Positions 19,633 to 30,507 are shown, numbered from the stretch's first letter. The stretch is 64,000 bases of DNA from Lachnospiraceae bacterium (GCA_045579705.1 JAZNMP010000028.1:5320-69319), one strand, 5' to 3'. Made by a program: numbers and translations. The notes: generated from the sequence alone by a model not told the origin.

Positions 19633-21121
19633 TTTTCTCCTCCATTTTCTTCCTGAGCAAGAAATACATCGTTGTTCCTGCCCCCTCTGTGCTAGTTGCC
19701 CATATGCTTCCACCATGATCATCTACAATCTTCTTAACAATTGATAGTCCGATACCTGAGCCCCCGGTTGTAGAATTTCTGGATGAATCCGCTCTAAACA
19801 ATCTATCAAAGATATGTGGTAGATCGTTTGGAGCTATTCCAATACCATTGTCTCTGAGTTCGACCTGAACCGAATCCCCTACATCCGAAACTCTCATTTC
19901 AATGCGTCCCGGATCAGCCTCGGTCTTTGGTCCCATATATTTAACACTGTTCGAAACAATGTTATGGATAACTCTCTCTAGCTGCTGCTTATCAGCTATG
20001 ATTCGAACATCATCACTTAAATCTGATTCAAACTCAAACATAATCTTCTGATTCTTCAAATCCATTCCAATTTCATCTGCAGAATCATCAAAGAACTGTC
20101 TGGCCGGAATCATCGTAAAGTTATACGGAATTCTGTTCAAATCTATCTTTGTGTACAACGACAATTCGTTAATCAAAGCGTTCATATCATTTGATTTATG
20201 CACGATTGTCCTTAAATATGAATCTCGTTTTTCCGGATCGGAAGCCACGCCATCGAGAACGCCTTCCGCATATCCTTTAATCGCCGTAATCGGCGTTTTT
20301 AAATCATGAACTATATTACTAATAAACTGTTTCTGCTCTTCCTCGTTCTGCATCTTCTCATCAGCATTCGCGAGCAGACGTTTTCTCATTTCTTCAAAAG
20401 CTACATATAATTTAGCGATTTCATCGTCGCCTTCCGGCACAATCTCATCATTCAGATTGCCTTTTCTAATCTCATCAGTTGCTTTAACGAGAAGTTCGAT
20501 TCTAGGAACTATCTTTCTATAATTCCATAGCACCATAACAACCACTGTCAACAACAGGATTATAAAGGAGGAAATGAAGAAATCTGCAAACATTTTTTCA
20601 ACAACCAGCTTCAAAGTATCTGCTGATGTTACCACAAAAAATGTAGATTTCAATCCACTATGTGACACGAAATCCAGCTGCTTAATCGTGACCGCGCCAC
20701 CGTTTTTGTTCAATACCGCTAGATTAACATCCGACGAATTAGATCCGTATTTCGGAAAAAATTTCTCATTGATATCTTCTTTTGCCTTCTCACAGCCATT
20801 AAAGACAATTTCATCATTAACTCTGTAAACGAGGTAAGAATAATTATCCTTTAACTCGGTGTCAATTTTTTGCACATCACGTAGTGAGAAATCCCTGTCT
20901 TTATACTCATCTATCCATGACTTTACATCACTCCCATTCTCTTCGCTATATCTAGTCAGTAATTGCTGGGAAGCCTGTACGACGTCATGTTCACCTCGGT
21001 TTAGGCTACCAACCCCTTGCCCAGTTACTTTATACATTCCGATAAAGCCGATAGCCGACAGTAAACAAGGCATTAGCATGATTACAAAGAAGGAAATCAA
21101 TAACCTTGTCTTTAACTTCAC
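19547..21121 (-). CDS. HAMP-domain sensor histidine kinase
   Basis: Two TM segments, HAMP (GDDEIAKL..AFEEMR), H-box HDLKTP, N-box NIVSNSVKY, DNGIGI and GGSGIGLSI. GTG start; 3' end overlaps the regulator by 86 nt. Confidence 0.92.
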   Translation of the reverse strand: MKLKTRLLISFFVIMLMPCLLSAIGFIGMYKVTGQGVGSLNRGEHDVVQASQQLLTRYSEENGSDVKSWIDEYKDRDFSLRDVQKIDTELKDNYSYLVYRVNDEIVFNGCEKAKEDINEKFFPKYGSNSSDVNLAVLNKNGGAVTIKQLDFVSHSGLKSTFFVVTSADTLKLVVEKMFADFFISSFIILLLTVVVMVLWNYRKIVPRIELLVKATDEIRKGNLNDEIVPEGDDEIAKLYVAFEEMRKRLLANADEKMQNEEEQKQFISNIVHDLKTPITAIKGYAEGVLDGVASDPEKRDSYLRTIVHKSNDMNALINELSLYTKIDLNRIPYNFTMIPARQFFDDSADEIGMDLKNQKIMFEFESDLSDDVRIIADKQQLERVIHNIVSNSVKYMGPKTEADPGRIEMRVSDVGDSVQVELRDNGIGIAPNDLPHIFDRLFRADSSRNSTTGGSGIGLSIVKKIVDDHGGSIWATSTEGAGTTMYFLLRKKMEEKNVKNFDSRRRGSNRKPGERLSGIKRVRG

Positions 21122-21140
21122 CCTTTTCCCTCCCTAAAAA

Positions 21141-21170
21141 AATAAGATTGTGCAATAGCACAATCTTATT
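21141..21170. terminator. Hairpin terminator after metK
   Basis: AATAAGATTGTGC-AATA-GCACAATCTTATT perfect inverted repeat with a T run on the minus strand. Confidence 0.75.
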
Positions 21171-21222
21171 ATAACACTTAATGATATTAATTTAGAATAC
21201 TGAATATTTAGAATTATAAATT

Positions 21223-22407
21223 TTATAAATATTTCTTTAACTTTTCAACTTTATCCAGTGCTTCCCATGGAAGTGACAGATCATTTCTACCGAAATGTCC
21301 GTATGCAGCAGTTGGTCTGTAGATAGGACGACGTAAGTCGAGCATCTTAATGATTCCAGCTGGACGAAGATCGAAGTTCTCACGAACGATTTCTACAAGC
21401 TTCTCATCAGAAAGCTTTCCTGTCTCAAATGTATCTACATTGATAGATGTAGGCTCAGCAACGCCGATAGCGTATGAAAGCTGAATCTCACATTTGTCTG
21501 CAAGACCTGCAGCAACCAGGTTCTTTGCAACATAACGTGCAGCATAAGCAGCTGATCTATCAACCTTTGTGCAGTCTTTTCCAGAAAAAGCTCCGCCGCC
21601 ATGACGTGCCATTCCACCGTAAGTATCTACGATAATCTTTCTTCCTGTAAGACCAGCATCTCCGTGAGGACCACCGATTACAAATCTACCTGTAGGATTA
21701 ATAAAGAACTTAGTCTTATCGTCGATTAATTCCTGAGGAAGAATTGGGTCAAAGACATATTTTTTTATATCATTGTGAATCTGTTCCTGTGTAACATCTT
21801 CATCATGCTGAGTAGAAAGAACTACAGCCTCCAGTCTAGCTGGTTTTCCATCCTCATCATACTCTACAGATACCTGTGTCTTACCATCTGGACGAAGGTA
21901 CTTAAGAGTACCATTTTTTCTAACATCTGCTAGCTGCTTTGAAAGCTTGTGTGCGAGATCAATAGGATATGGCATATAGTCATCTGTTTCGTTTGTAGCA
22001 TAACCAAACATCATACCCTGATCGCCAGCACCTGTATCAAGGTCATCTTTCAGCGAACCTTCTCTAGCTTCAAGTGCCTTATCAACACCCTGCGCGATAT
22101 CTGCAGACTGCTGATCGAGAGCAACCATTACCGCACAAGTATTTCCATCAAAACCCGTAGCAGCGTTATCATAGCCGATTTCATTTACTGTGTTTCTAAC
22201 GATAGTTGGAATATCGAGAACTGCCTTTGTTGTAATCTCACCTGTAACGAGGATGAAACCTGTACAAGCTGTAGTTTCACAAGCAACACGGCTCATTGGA
22301 TCCTGCGCCATACAAGCATCCAAAATTGCGTCACTTACAGCATCACAGACTTTGTCTGGATGTCCTTCAGTAACTGATTCTGATGTGAAAAGTCTTTTTT
22401 CCATCAT
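21223..22407 (-). CDS. metK: S-adenosylmethionine synthetase
   Basis: [34 protein letters not shown] and GGAFSGKD. Confidence 0.97.
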   Translation of the reverse strand: MMEKRLFTSESVTEGHPDKVCDAVSDAILDACMAQDPMSRVACETTACTGFILVTGEITTKAVLDIPTIVRNTVNEIGYDNAATGFDGNTCAVMVALDQQSADIAQGVDKALEAREGSLKDDLDTGAGDQGMMFGYATNETDDYMPYPIDLAHKLSKQLADVRKNGTLKYLRPDGKTQVSVEYDEDGKPARLEAVVLSTQHDEDVTQEQIHNDIKKYVFDPILPQELIDDKTKFFINPTGRFVIGGPHGDAGLTGRKIIVDTYGGMARHGGGAFSGKDCTKVDRSAAYAARYVAKNLVAAGLADKCEIQLSYAIGVAEPTSINVDTFETGKLSDEKLVEIVRENFDLRPAGIIKMLDLRRPIYRPTAAYGHFGRNDLSLPWEALDKVEKLKKYL

Positions 22408-22422
22408 TTACCTCCTAAAAAT

Positions 22423-22453
22423 ACAAAGAAAAAATCCACCTAAAAAGGCGGAT
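22423..22453 (-). terminator. Riboswitch expression-platform terminator in the metK leader
   Basis: ATCCGCCT-TTTT-AGGTGGAT followed by TTTTTCTTTG, between the aptamer and the metK RBS. Confidence 0.8.
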
Positions 22454-22471
22454 CAGCATTAAAGATTAAGA

Positions 22472-22581
22472 ATTCCCTTATTGTTCGATTACTCGCTTAA
22501 GGAAGGCACCTTCCGTCCAATGTCCGGAGGTTGTCGTGGTCTCACTGATCCTATTGTCTCCACCACTCTTAATAAGAGAAA
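22472..22581 (-). promoter_or_regulatory. SAM-I (S-box) riboswitch
   Basis: CTCTTATTAAGAG...GGTGGAG...GTGAGACC...GACAACC...GGTGCC TTCC...AATAAGGG. P1 pairing, kink-turn signature and AGGA/TCCT pseudoknot are visible; lies upstream of metK. Confidence 0.85.
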
Positions 22582-22630
22582 CTTTAAATATATATGGAAT
22601 TTTCAATCTTTTTATCAGATACGTAATAGT

Positions 22631-22659
22631 AGCATACATTCATATACGCTGTTCGTCAA
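22631..22659 (-). promoter_or_regulatory. Promoter of the metK leader
   Basis: TTGACG-N17-TATGCT. Confidence 0.65.
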
Positions 22660-22701
22660 GGACAAAAGCAACATATCCACGTGATTTTATGCATATTTAA
22701 T

Positions 22702-22737
22702 AAAAAAGACTATCTTCCCTTGTGGAAAATAGTCTCT
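22702..22737 (-). terminator. Terminator after the HD-GYP gene
   Basis: AGACTATTTTCC/GGAAGATAGTCT hairpin followed by a T run. Confidence 0.75.
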
Positions 22738-22748
22738 TATATCATCTC

Positions 22749-23897
22749 TTAAAGCGTTCTCACTATTCTACGATTTGGTTCACGAGATAGATCTACCACT
22801 TCGCCATTCTCTTTTTCGATAATAGGCCGTGAAAGTTTGGACTGATTAATATACACAACTCGTCCACTCGTACCATCATCCAGCATAACCATAGTATTGT
22901 GATGCATCCCTGCCAGATGTGAGAGAAATGTAAGTAAATACCTTGTGTTATATTTTTCCAGGCCGATCTTCTCAAACTCCTCAATCACCTCAAATGAGCA
23001 AAGCGGTGCTCTCTGTGGTCTAGGAGAAGTCATCGCATCGTATACATCTATAAGCGCAATCATGCTAGCGAAATCATCGATTTCATCTCCAGTTAGATTT
23101 CTAGGATATCCTGATCCATCACTTCTCTCATGATGCTGCAAAGCTGCATTTCTAATAGACATACCGAAGCCAGCATTCTTAAGAATTCGATTTCCGATGA
23201 TAGTGTGCTTCTTTATCTCATCGAATTCTTCCTGTGTAAGCTTGCCTTTTTTATTAAGCGCCTGAGCGCTCACTTCAGTCTTACCGATATCATGAAGTAA
23301 CGCTGCATTCGTAAGTTCATTCAAAGTCTGATTATCAAGTTTCAACCATCTACCCAGGACGCACGCCTCAAGTGCCACATTCAAACAATGTGAGTAAATA
23401 CTATCTTCTGAGAAGCGCACACATCTAATCATATTAAACAGTTCCAAAGCTGTTCTGTATTTAGAAATGCCCGCCGCATGCATAAGCAATGGTTCACTGC
23501 CAACTTTGAATTCGCCTCTTTTGATTCTTTCAAAGTTTCTCTTCAAATCCTCTAAGCAAAGTGCATAAGACAACTGAAATTCCCTAAATTCATCAGTCAG
23601 ACTTATCTTTTGATTAAATGATACATGGTCTCTAGTAAAACTAGATTCTTTAACTTCTTTAGTATAGCTTTTTACCTTTTCTTTAACTTCAACTGCTGGC
23701 TTAGCAGCTTTTTTCTCATCAACTGTCTCTTCGATATCATCGATAACAACTGATTGAATATGGTAAAAAGTAAATCTCGCAATCAACTGATTTGACAGAG
23801 TTGTATTTGCATCAGCCAGAGTCTGTCCACTCTTTGTCTTAACAGGAGCCCCCGTGACCATACCTGCCTCGACATCTTTTAACAAAATCTCTTTCAT
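22749..23897 (-). CDS. HD-GYP domain protein (putative c-di-GMP phosphodiesterase)
   Basis: HCLNV, LLHDIGK, KKHT, HHERSDGSGYP and DVYDAM..PR. Confidence 0.85.
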   Translation of the reverse strand: MKEILLKDVEAGMVTGAPVKTKSGQTLADANTTLSNQLIARFTFYHIQSVVIDDIEETVDEKKAAKPAVEVKEKVKSYTKEVKESSFTRDHVSFNQKISLTDEFREFQLSYALCLEDLKRNFERIKRGEFKVGSEPLLMHAAGISKYRTALELFNMIRCVRFSEDSIYSHCLNVALEACVLGRWLKLDNQTLNELTNAALLHDIGKTEVSAQALNKKGKLTQEEFDEIKKHTIIGNRILKNAGFGMSIRNAALQHHERSDGSGYPRNLTGDEIDDFASMIALIDVYDAMTSPRPQRAPLCSFEVIEEFEKIGLEKYNTRYLLTFLSHLAGMHHNTMVMLDDGTSGRVVYINQSKLSRPIIEKENGEVVDLSREPNRRIVRTL

Positions 23898-23915
23898 AAT
23901 TCCCCTTTATGCCCC

Positions 23916-25208
23916 TTAAGAAACCTTCAATATAAACTTCTGAATTTCTTTATCAGAAGATGTCTTCTCGATTGTTGCTCCGAGGCCTCTAAGCTTCTCG
24001 TGGAAACGCTCATAACCTCTCTGGATATAATGAATATCATCTACTATTGTAACGCCATCAGCTGCAAGACCAGCAATTACGAGCGCTGCACCAGCTCTCA
24101 AATCAGGAGACTGGACTCTAGCTCCTGTAAAATGATCCACACCTTTGATGATTGCAACATTTCCCTCAACCTGCATAGATGCTCCCATTCTAGTGAGCTC
24201 ATCTACATACTTGAAACGGCTTTCAAAGATAGTCTCTGTAACTGTACTAACGCCATTTGCAAGTGCAAGCACTACAGCCATCTGTGGCTGCATATCTGTT
24301 GGGAATCCTGGATAAGGAAGTGTAGTTACAGATGTAGATGAGTAAGGCTTAGTTGCAATAACTCTAACTGCATCATCAAACTCGATAACCTTGCAACCTG
24401 TTTCCAAAAGCTTTGAAGTAGTAGCTTCCAAATGCTTTGGAATAACATTCTTAACCGTAACATCTCCACCAGTTGCAACACCTGCAAACAGGAATGTTCC
24501 AGCTTCAATCTGATCTGGAATTACAGAGTAATCTGTACCGTGGAGTTTTGAAACTCCGTTGATACGAATAGATTCTGTACCGGCACCACGGATATCCGCT
24601 CCCATACTGTTAAGGAAGTTGGCCACATCTACTACGTGTGGTTCACGCGCTGCATTGTCTATAACTGTCTTTCCTTCAGCCAAGACTGCAGCCATCAAAA
24701 TATTGATTGTTGCACCTACTGAAACTTTATCCAAATAGATATGATTTCCAACTAATCTATCTGCTTTTGCAGAAATCAAGCCATAGCTGATATCTACTTC
24801 TGCACCGAGGGCCTTGAATCCCTTAATATGCAAATCGATAGGACGAGATCCTATATCACAACCACCTGGAAGTGCAACTTCTGCATTTCTGAATCTGCCG
24901 AGCATAGAGCCAAGCAAATAGTATGATGCACGAATCTTGTTCACATAATCGTAGTCTACGCTATAAGTATGAATGCCTGCACCGTTGATGATTACTGTAT
25001 TCTTATCTTCTCTTTCAACTGTGGCTCCGATATCCTGAATTGCGCCCAAGAGGACATTTGTATCTCTAACATCTGGTACATTAGAAATTCTAACTGTATC
25101 CTCTGTCATAATAGCTGCTGCTAGAATAGCCAAAGCCGCATTCTTTGCTCCACCAATCTCAACCTCACCTTTGAGTGGTGTACCACCTTTAATAACGTAC
25201 TGTTCCAT
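23916..25208 (-). CDS. murA: UDP-N-acetylglucosamine 1-carboxyvinyltransferase
   Basis: GAKNAAL, RASYY, LPGGCDIGSRPID (active-site Cys), FPTDMQ and DLRAGAAL. Confidence 0.95.
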   Translation of the reverse strand: MEQYVIKGGTPLKGEVEIGGAKNAALAILAAAIMTEDTVRISNVPDVRDTNVLLGAIQDIGATVEREDKNTVIINGAGIHTYSVDYDYVNKIRASYYLLGSMLGRFRNAEVALPGGCDIGSRPIDLHIKGFKALGAEVDISYGLISAKADRLVGNHIYLDKVSVGATINILMAAVLAEGKTVIDNAAREPHVVDVANFLNSMGADIRGAGTESIRINGVSKLHGTDYSVIPDQIEAGTFLFAGVATGGDVTVKNVIPKHLEATTSKLLETGCKVIEFDDAVRVIATKPYSSTSVTTLPYPGFPTDMQPQMAVVLALANGVSTVTETIFESRFKYVDELTRMGASMQVEGNVAIIKGVDHFTGARVQSPDLRAGAALVIAGLAADGVTIVDDIHYIQRGYERFHEKLRGLGATIEKTSSDKEIQKFILKVS

Positions 25209-25226
25209 GTTACTCCTTAAACCAAA

Positions 25227-26300
25227 TTATTTAGTCTTTGAATCTGTAGAATTCAAAGATCCTTTAAATGTATCTATAAATCTGATTCTATTCCAAAGAA
25301 CACCATTTAGCTTCCATGCAATCTTTGCTTGGAATTTAGCTACCTGATTCTGATAATAATCAGTTTTCTTCTTCTGAATCATATTTGCTTTTGCAGTTTC
25401 AGTGGCTTCTTTATCACTCAATGAATCCATATGAATCACGAAGAATCCCTGATCCTTTTCAATAACTTTTGAAGTCTCACCTTCTGCAAGTTTGTCTACG
25501 TCCTGAAGTACATCGTAAGGAATAGACTGACTTAGAGAGTCAGAGATAGAATTGCTCTTCTTTGCACTCTTCATCTCTTCCTTACCATATGTGAGTGTTC
25601 CGACATTCAGTTCTAACTCCTTCGCTGTAGCGCTAAAGTCTGCTGCCTGTGAAAGTTTTTCTGCCTGTTCCTTGAACTTCGCAGTATCTTCACTAGTTAC
25701 AGCAACATTATTACCATTAGCATCTGTCTTTGAAATATTATTGAAAAAAACAACCGAAGCTTTCTTCTGGTTTGCCTCAGCATCTGTTACATTCGCCTTA
25801 GCTTTTTCTTCAATCTTATCTCTCACTTTGTCTGAGATGGCTTTATCGGAAAGATATTTGATTGTGTATTCTTCAGTTGCGCCAAGTTCCTTGATAGCCT
25901 TCTTTGAGTTGGCTTTCATAAACTTCTTTGCAGCCTTTTCAATCTTCTGTTTATCTTTCTTTGAAAGCTTAACATCATAATCAGAAGCATGTTTCACCAG
26001 AACATACTGCTCCTTCATATTTGAAAGGATAGTCTTTTTTACAGACTCTTCCATAGTAGTACCCATATTTGATGGATCTGACTGCCACATATCATCGCCC
26101 ATGTAACCCTGATAAGTCACATCATAAAGCGCCTGTGTCAACCTTGCATTAAACTTACCATATCCATAAGTAACTTTATCTACGTCACCGTTGTCATTAA
26201 TCTTTAACAAGGTAAGATTGTCTGTTGCAGCACAGCCTGTTAGCACTGGAGCCGTTAAACATAAGCACATTAATAGGCTTACTACTTTTCTTCTGTTCAT
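25227..26300 (-). CDS. PrsA/SurA-like foldase lipoprotein
   Basis: Lipobox LTGC, helical SurA-like N-domain, parvulin-like remnant 'GETSKVIEKDQGFFVIH'; conserved position after mfd. Confidence 0.6.
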   Translation of the reverse strand: MNRRKVVSLLMCLCLTAPVLTGCAATDNLTLLKINDNGDVDKVTYGYGKFNARLTQALYDVTYQGYMGDDMWQSDPSNMGTTMEESVKKTILSNMKEQYVLVKHASDYDVKLSKKDKQKIEKAAKKFMKANSKKAIKELGATEEYTIKYLSDKAISDKVRDKIEEKAKANVTDAEANQKKASVVFFNNISKTDANGNNVAVTSEDTAKFKEQAEKLSQAADFSATAKELELNVGTLTYGKEEMKSAKKSNSISDSLSQSIPYDVLQDVDKLAEGETSKVIEKDQGFFVIHMDSLSDKEATETAKANMIQKKKTDYYQNQVAKFQAKIAWKLNGVLWNRIRFIDTFKGSLNSTDSKTK

Positions 26301-26357
26301 GATGCCTCCCTATTTAACCTTCACATAATCCAAAATATTATAGCCTCTTTTTTCAGT

Positions 26358-29300
26358 TTATTCAACTACATCAATTGCCAATTCAATAATTGTTTCTGCC
26401 ATCGACCTCATAATATCTAAAGTCTTCAGTTTCTTTATTCTCGAATCGCGCTTTGTATCTATAAAGAATTCCGCTCCTTCCGCCAGCGGCTGGAACGAAA
26501 CATAAGGAGCCAATTTGTCCAGAATAGCCGGAATCTTTGTCACATCTATCTTTGCTTCCTTGTACATCTTTACTCGAACTCCATTATCACGCTCACGTAT
26601 TTCTTCTATATAAGCTCTATGGCAAAGCGCTCTAAGGTATGAAACCTCGCACAAATTCTGTACAGAACGAGTCGGCTCTCCAAATCTATCCAATAGCTCA
26701 TCTAACATTTCTTCTTTTTCTTCTTCCGTCGAAATATCAGCTATTCTCTTATAGATATTTAACTTCTCCGCCTCATCCGGAATATAACTCTGCGGAATAA
26801 ACGAATCGAGATTAATCTCAACCACAGTATCGAAATCCACACTCTCTACCGCTTCTCCTTTTTCTACGAGAACGGCCTCATTCAACATCTTGCAATACAA
26901 ATCATATCCAACTGAAGCCATGTGACCATGCTGTTCCTTGCCCAGCATATTTCCAGCTCCACGGATTTCGAGATCTCGCATCGCGATCTTGAATCCCGAA
27001 CCGAGTTCAGTAAATTCTCGAATCGCAGACAGTCTTTTTTCCGCATCTTCCTTTAACATCTTATCTTTACGATACAGGAAAAAAGCATACGCCGTACGAT
27101 TTCCTCTTCCAACACGGCCTCTAAGCTGATACAACTGAGAAAGTCCCATTCTGTCAGCATCATGTATGATAATCGTATTTACATTCGAAATATCTATTCC
27201 GGTTTCAATAATAGTAGTCGCTACAAGGATATCAATTTCATGGTTTATAAACTGATACATAATATCTTCTAATTCAGAAGTTTGCATCCTACCATGAGCA
27301 TAAGCTACTGTCGCATCCGGCATCAACGCCTGAATATGGTCTGCCACCTCGGCGATAGTCTTGATCTGATTTATGACATAATAAACCTGGCCACCTCTCG
27401 CCATCTCACGCGCGATAGCTTCACGAATCAATTCATCATTATATTCAAAGACAAAAGTCTGAATCGGCTGTCTGTCCCTAGGCGGTTCGTCTAGTACTGA
27501 CATATCTCTGATTCCAGTCAAACTCATATGAAGAGTTCTAGGAATAGGTGTCGCAGACATAGAAAGTACATCTACATTTTTCTTTAACTGCTTTATCTTT
27601 TCCTTATGTCCGACTCCGAATCGCTGTTCCTCATCTATAATCAGCAGTCCCAGGTCTTTAAAATGAACATCCTTCGAAAGCAGTCTATGTGTTCCGATAG
27701 CGATATCCGCCTCTCCTGTCTCCAGTTTCTTTACCGCCTTCTTCACTTCGCCCGGCGTTCTAAACCTGCTCAAGAGTACGACATTTACCGGAAAGTCCTT
27801 TAATCTCTGCACGAAATTATTATAGTGCTGTTCTGCGAGAATCGTAGTCGGCACGAGGTAAGCAACCTGTTTATTCTCCTGAACCGCCTTAAAAGCAGCT
27901 CGAATCGCAACTTCCGTTTTTCCAAAGCCTACGTCACCACAAATCAATCGGTCCATAATCTTCGGACTTTCCATATCGCGTTTTACATCTCTGATAGCTT
28001 CCAACTGACCATCTGTCTCTTCATACGGAAAAGCTTCTTCAAATTCCTTCTGCCACTCTGTATCTTCATCAAACACATAGCCGCTATCCTGCTGCCTCAA
28101 AGCATACAAATTCACGAGTTCTTTCGCGATAATTCCGACAGCAGTCTTTACTCTGGCTTTTGTCTTTGACCACTCGAGCGAACCTAGTGATGAAAGCTTA
28201 GGCTTCTTATCAGAGGCATTTCCATACTTCTGAATCGAAGAAAGCTGCGTAGCCAGAACATACAGATTACTTCCGCCAGAGTATTCCAGTTTCAGGTAAT
28301 CCTTTAAGACACCATCCACCTCTATTTTTTCCATTCCTCGATATATTCCGAGGCCATGGTTCTCATGAACTACATAATCTCCCGACTTTAGATCTCTAAA
28401 TCCGGAAATATGCTCACCTTCATAGCGAACCTTCTTCTTGCGCTTCTTCTTTTTAGCGCCAAAGATATCTCCCTCAGATATAAACACAAAATTACTATCA
28501 CTAAACTCATATCCCTTTTGGATACGCCCAAAAGTGACCATAACCTCGCCCGGTTTTGGCTCATAATCTTCTCTGTCTGAGTAGAAAGCAGGTACTCCTA
28601 TATCAAACAAATCCTTCGCAATTCGTTTTCCTGCCAAATGCGATGGTGAGACGATTACTATAGTAAACTTCTTTGCGCGGTATTTTTTTATATCCTCACA
28701 CAGCATCTCAAAGCTTCCATTGAAACTTGACCCCTGCTGCATTCTAATATGAAATCTATCGGCTATCTTTAGCCATTTACCTGTTGAATCGAGCAGAGAC
28801 ATAACAACCCCGCCGAAACGGGTTAAAGCCTGCTTCAAAACCTTTTCATCGAGAAGCAGTTCCCTCTGTCTCGGCAAGATATATCCCGCTTCAAGTCTAT
28901 GCATCATAGACTCTGCAAACTCAGCAGCCACCTGCTTTGCAGTTTCCTCTATATGTCTCGGTTCATCGATAAAGCAAACCGCATCTTCAGGCAGGTAGTC
29001 TAACAGACTTCCCGCCTCTCTCAGAAAGTACGGAAGATAAACCTCACCTTCCTGTCTGATCCATCCGCTCTCCATCTTCTCAATAGCCGCTTCTACGGTA
29101 CTCTTTAGATGATAAGCTTCTTCCGTCTTCATCTCCTTGCGATATTTCGCATGGATTTCCTTCATCTCAGCTTTCATCGCTTCGATTCCACGGTCGATAT
29201 CTTCTTCCTCCAGCACAAACTCGCATGCCGGATAGTATTTCACTGACTCAACCTGATCTGTCGACTTCTGATCCGAAGCATTAAAGCGCTTTATTAAATC

Positions 29301-29897
29301 GACCTCATCGCCCCAAAGCTCAATTCTAAACGGATCCGTATCTGTCAGCGAAAAAATATCCAAAATGCCTCCACGGATTGCATATTCTCCGGGCTGTTCT
29401 ACCTGCGTAACACGTTCATATCCTTCCGCTGAAAGTTCTCTTGCAAAAGACTTCGTATCAATCTCATCGCCAACCTTTAATTCATGAATTCCCTTTGCCC
29501 ACTCATCAGGTTTCTGCAAAACATTCAGCATGGAATCAATAGTTGCTATTACAACAAACGATTCACCTGAAACCATTCTAGCGAGAACATTTACACGTGG
29601 AATTGTAAGAGCATTTCCTCTGATATCAGACTGAAAGAAGAGCATATCTTTCCCTGGGAAGATGTACACATCATCCCTATAAAAAGACAGCTCTTCATAT
29701 AATTCTTTCGCTTTCAAATCATCCGAAACGACAACGAGACTATGCTCACTTACCCCTGAGATACCATAGATAACCTGAGCTTTTCCAGAACTCGTCACTC
29801 CGGACAATTCAAAATACTCTCTATTATGTTTCTGCAATCTATCCTTTAGTTCATTGATATCCTGCAGTTCATCAAACGGTTTTAAAAATGCTTTCAT
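26358..29897 (-). CDS. mfd: Transcription-repair coupling factor
   Basis: UvrB-like N-terminus (RGGILDIF), RID (VVHENHGLG), GDVGFGKT, DEEQRFG, SATPIPRT and QLRGRVGR; TRCF C-terminus. Confidence 0.97.
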   Translation of the reverse strand: MKAFLKPFDELQDINELKDRLQKHNREYFELSGVTSSGKAQVIYGISGVSEHSLVVVSDDLKAKELYEELSFYRDDVYIFPGKDMLFFQSDIRGNALTIPRVNVLARMVSGESFVVIATIDSMLNVLQKPDEWAKGIHELKVGDEIDTKSFARELSAEGYERVTQVEQPGEYAIRGGILDIFSLTDTDPFRIELWGDEVDLIKRFNASDQKSTDQVESVKYYPACEFVLEEEDIDRGIEAMKAEMKEIHAKYRKEMKTEEAYHLKSTVEAAIEKMESGWIRQEGEVYLPYFLREAGSLLDYLPEDAVCFIDEPRHIEETAKQVAAEFAESMMHRLEAGYILPRQRELLLDEKVLKQALTRFGGVVMSLLDSTGKWLKIADRFHIRMQQGSSFNGSFEMLCEDIKKYRAKKFTIVIVSPSHLAGKRIAKDLFDIGVPAFYSDREDYEPKPGEVMVTFGRIQKGYEFSDSNFVFISEGDIFGAKKKKRKKKVRYEGEHISGFRDLKSGDYVVHENHGLGIYRGMEKIEVDGVLKDYLKLEYSGGSNLYVLATQLSSIQKYGNASDKKPKLSSLGSLEWSKTKARVKTAVGIIAKELVNLYALRQQDSGYVFDEDTEWQKEFEEAFPYEETDGQLEAIRDVKRDMESPKIMDRLICGDVGFGKTEVAIRAAFKAVQENKQVAYLVPTTILAEQHYNNFVQRLKDFPVNVVLLSRFRTPGEVKKAVKKLETGEADIAIGTHRLLSKDVHFKDLGLLIIDEEQRFGVGHKEKIKQLKKNVDVLSMSATPIPRTLHMSLTGIRDMSVLDEPPRDRQPIQTFVFEYNDELIREAIAREMARGGQVYYVINQIKTIAEVADHIQALMPDATVAYAHGRMQTSELEDIMYQFINHEIDILVATTIIETGIDISNVNTIIIHDADRMGLSQLYQLRGRVGRGNRTAYAFFLYRKDKMLKEDAEKRLSAIREFTELGSGFKIAMRDLEIRGAGNMLGKEQHGHMASVGYDLYCKMLNEAVLVEKGEAVESVDFDTVVEINLDSFIPQSYIPDEAEKLNIYKRIADISTEEEKEEMLDELLDRFGEPTRSVQNLCEVSYLRALCHRAYIEEIRERDNGVRVKMYKEAKIDVTKIPAILDKLAPYVSFQPLAEGAEFFIDTKRDSRIKKLKTLDIMRSMAETIIELAIDVVE

Positions 29898-29909
29898 CTT
29901 ACATTCGCT

Positions 29910-30482
29910 CTAAAAAACATGATTATTAAATGCATTCATCGCACCATCCACATCACGTTTTATCAAATAATCCATCACTTCTGGTAATGAAGAAAGAGTG
30001 TTCTCCATCTTCTTTCTATCATCCTTTGGAAGCCTACCGAGTACATAACGAACCATATCATCTCCATCCTGGAATTTACCAACTCCAACGCGAAGTCTAA
30101 CAAACTCATCTGTTCCGACATTTGCAATGATACTCTTTAGGCCATTATGCCCGCCCGCGCTTCCTTTTTTTCTGATACGAACTCTACCTGGCTCAATCAT
30201 AACATCATCAGAGATTACTACCAAATCCTTCCTAGGATCTGCATGATAATAGTCCATCAGAGGTTTGATACACTCTCCGCTCAGATTCATAAAAGTCTGT
30301 GGCTTTACGAGGACTATTTTTTCCCCGTTTACATTTCCCTCACCAAACTTTCCTTTAAAATCTGTCTTCTTCACAGATATGCCGTAAGCCTTTGCTAAAG
30401 CATCAATAGCATCGAAGCCTGCATTGTGTCTGGTGTGTCTATATTTCAAAGTCGGATTTCCCAATCCAGCAACTATTAACAT
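29910..30482 (-). CDS. pth: Peptidyl-tRNA hydrolase
   Basis: GLGNP, TRHNAGF, KPQTFMNLSG and GGHNGLKSI. Confidence 0.96.
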   Translation of the reverse strand: MLIVAGLGNPTLKYRHTRHNAGFDAIDALAKAYGISVKKTDFKGKFGEGNVNGEKIVLVKPQTFMNLSGECIKPLMDYYHADPRKDLVVISDDVMIEPGRVRIRKKGSAGGHNGLKSIIANVGTDEFVRLRVGVGKFQDGDDMVRYVLGRLPKDDRKKMENTLSSLPEVMDYLIKRDVDGAMNAFNNHVF

Positions 30483-30507
30483 CTCTATCTCCTTAGATTA
30501 AACATTT

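Noticed and set aside
22481-22684. 67-aa plus-strand ORF
   Set aside because: Antisense to the SAM-I riboswitch and metK promoter; no RBS or protein-like features.
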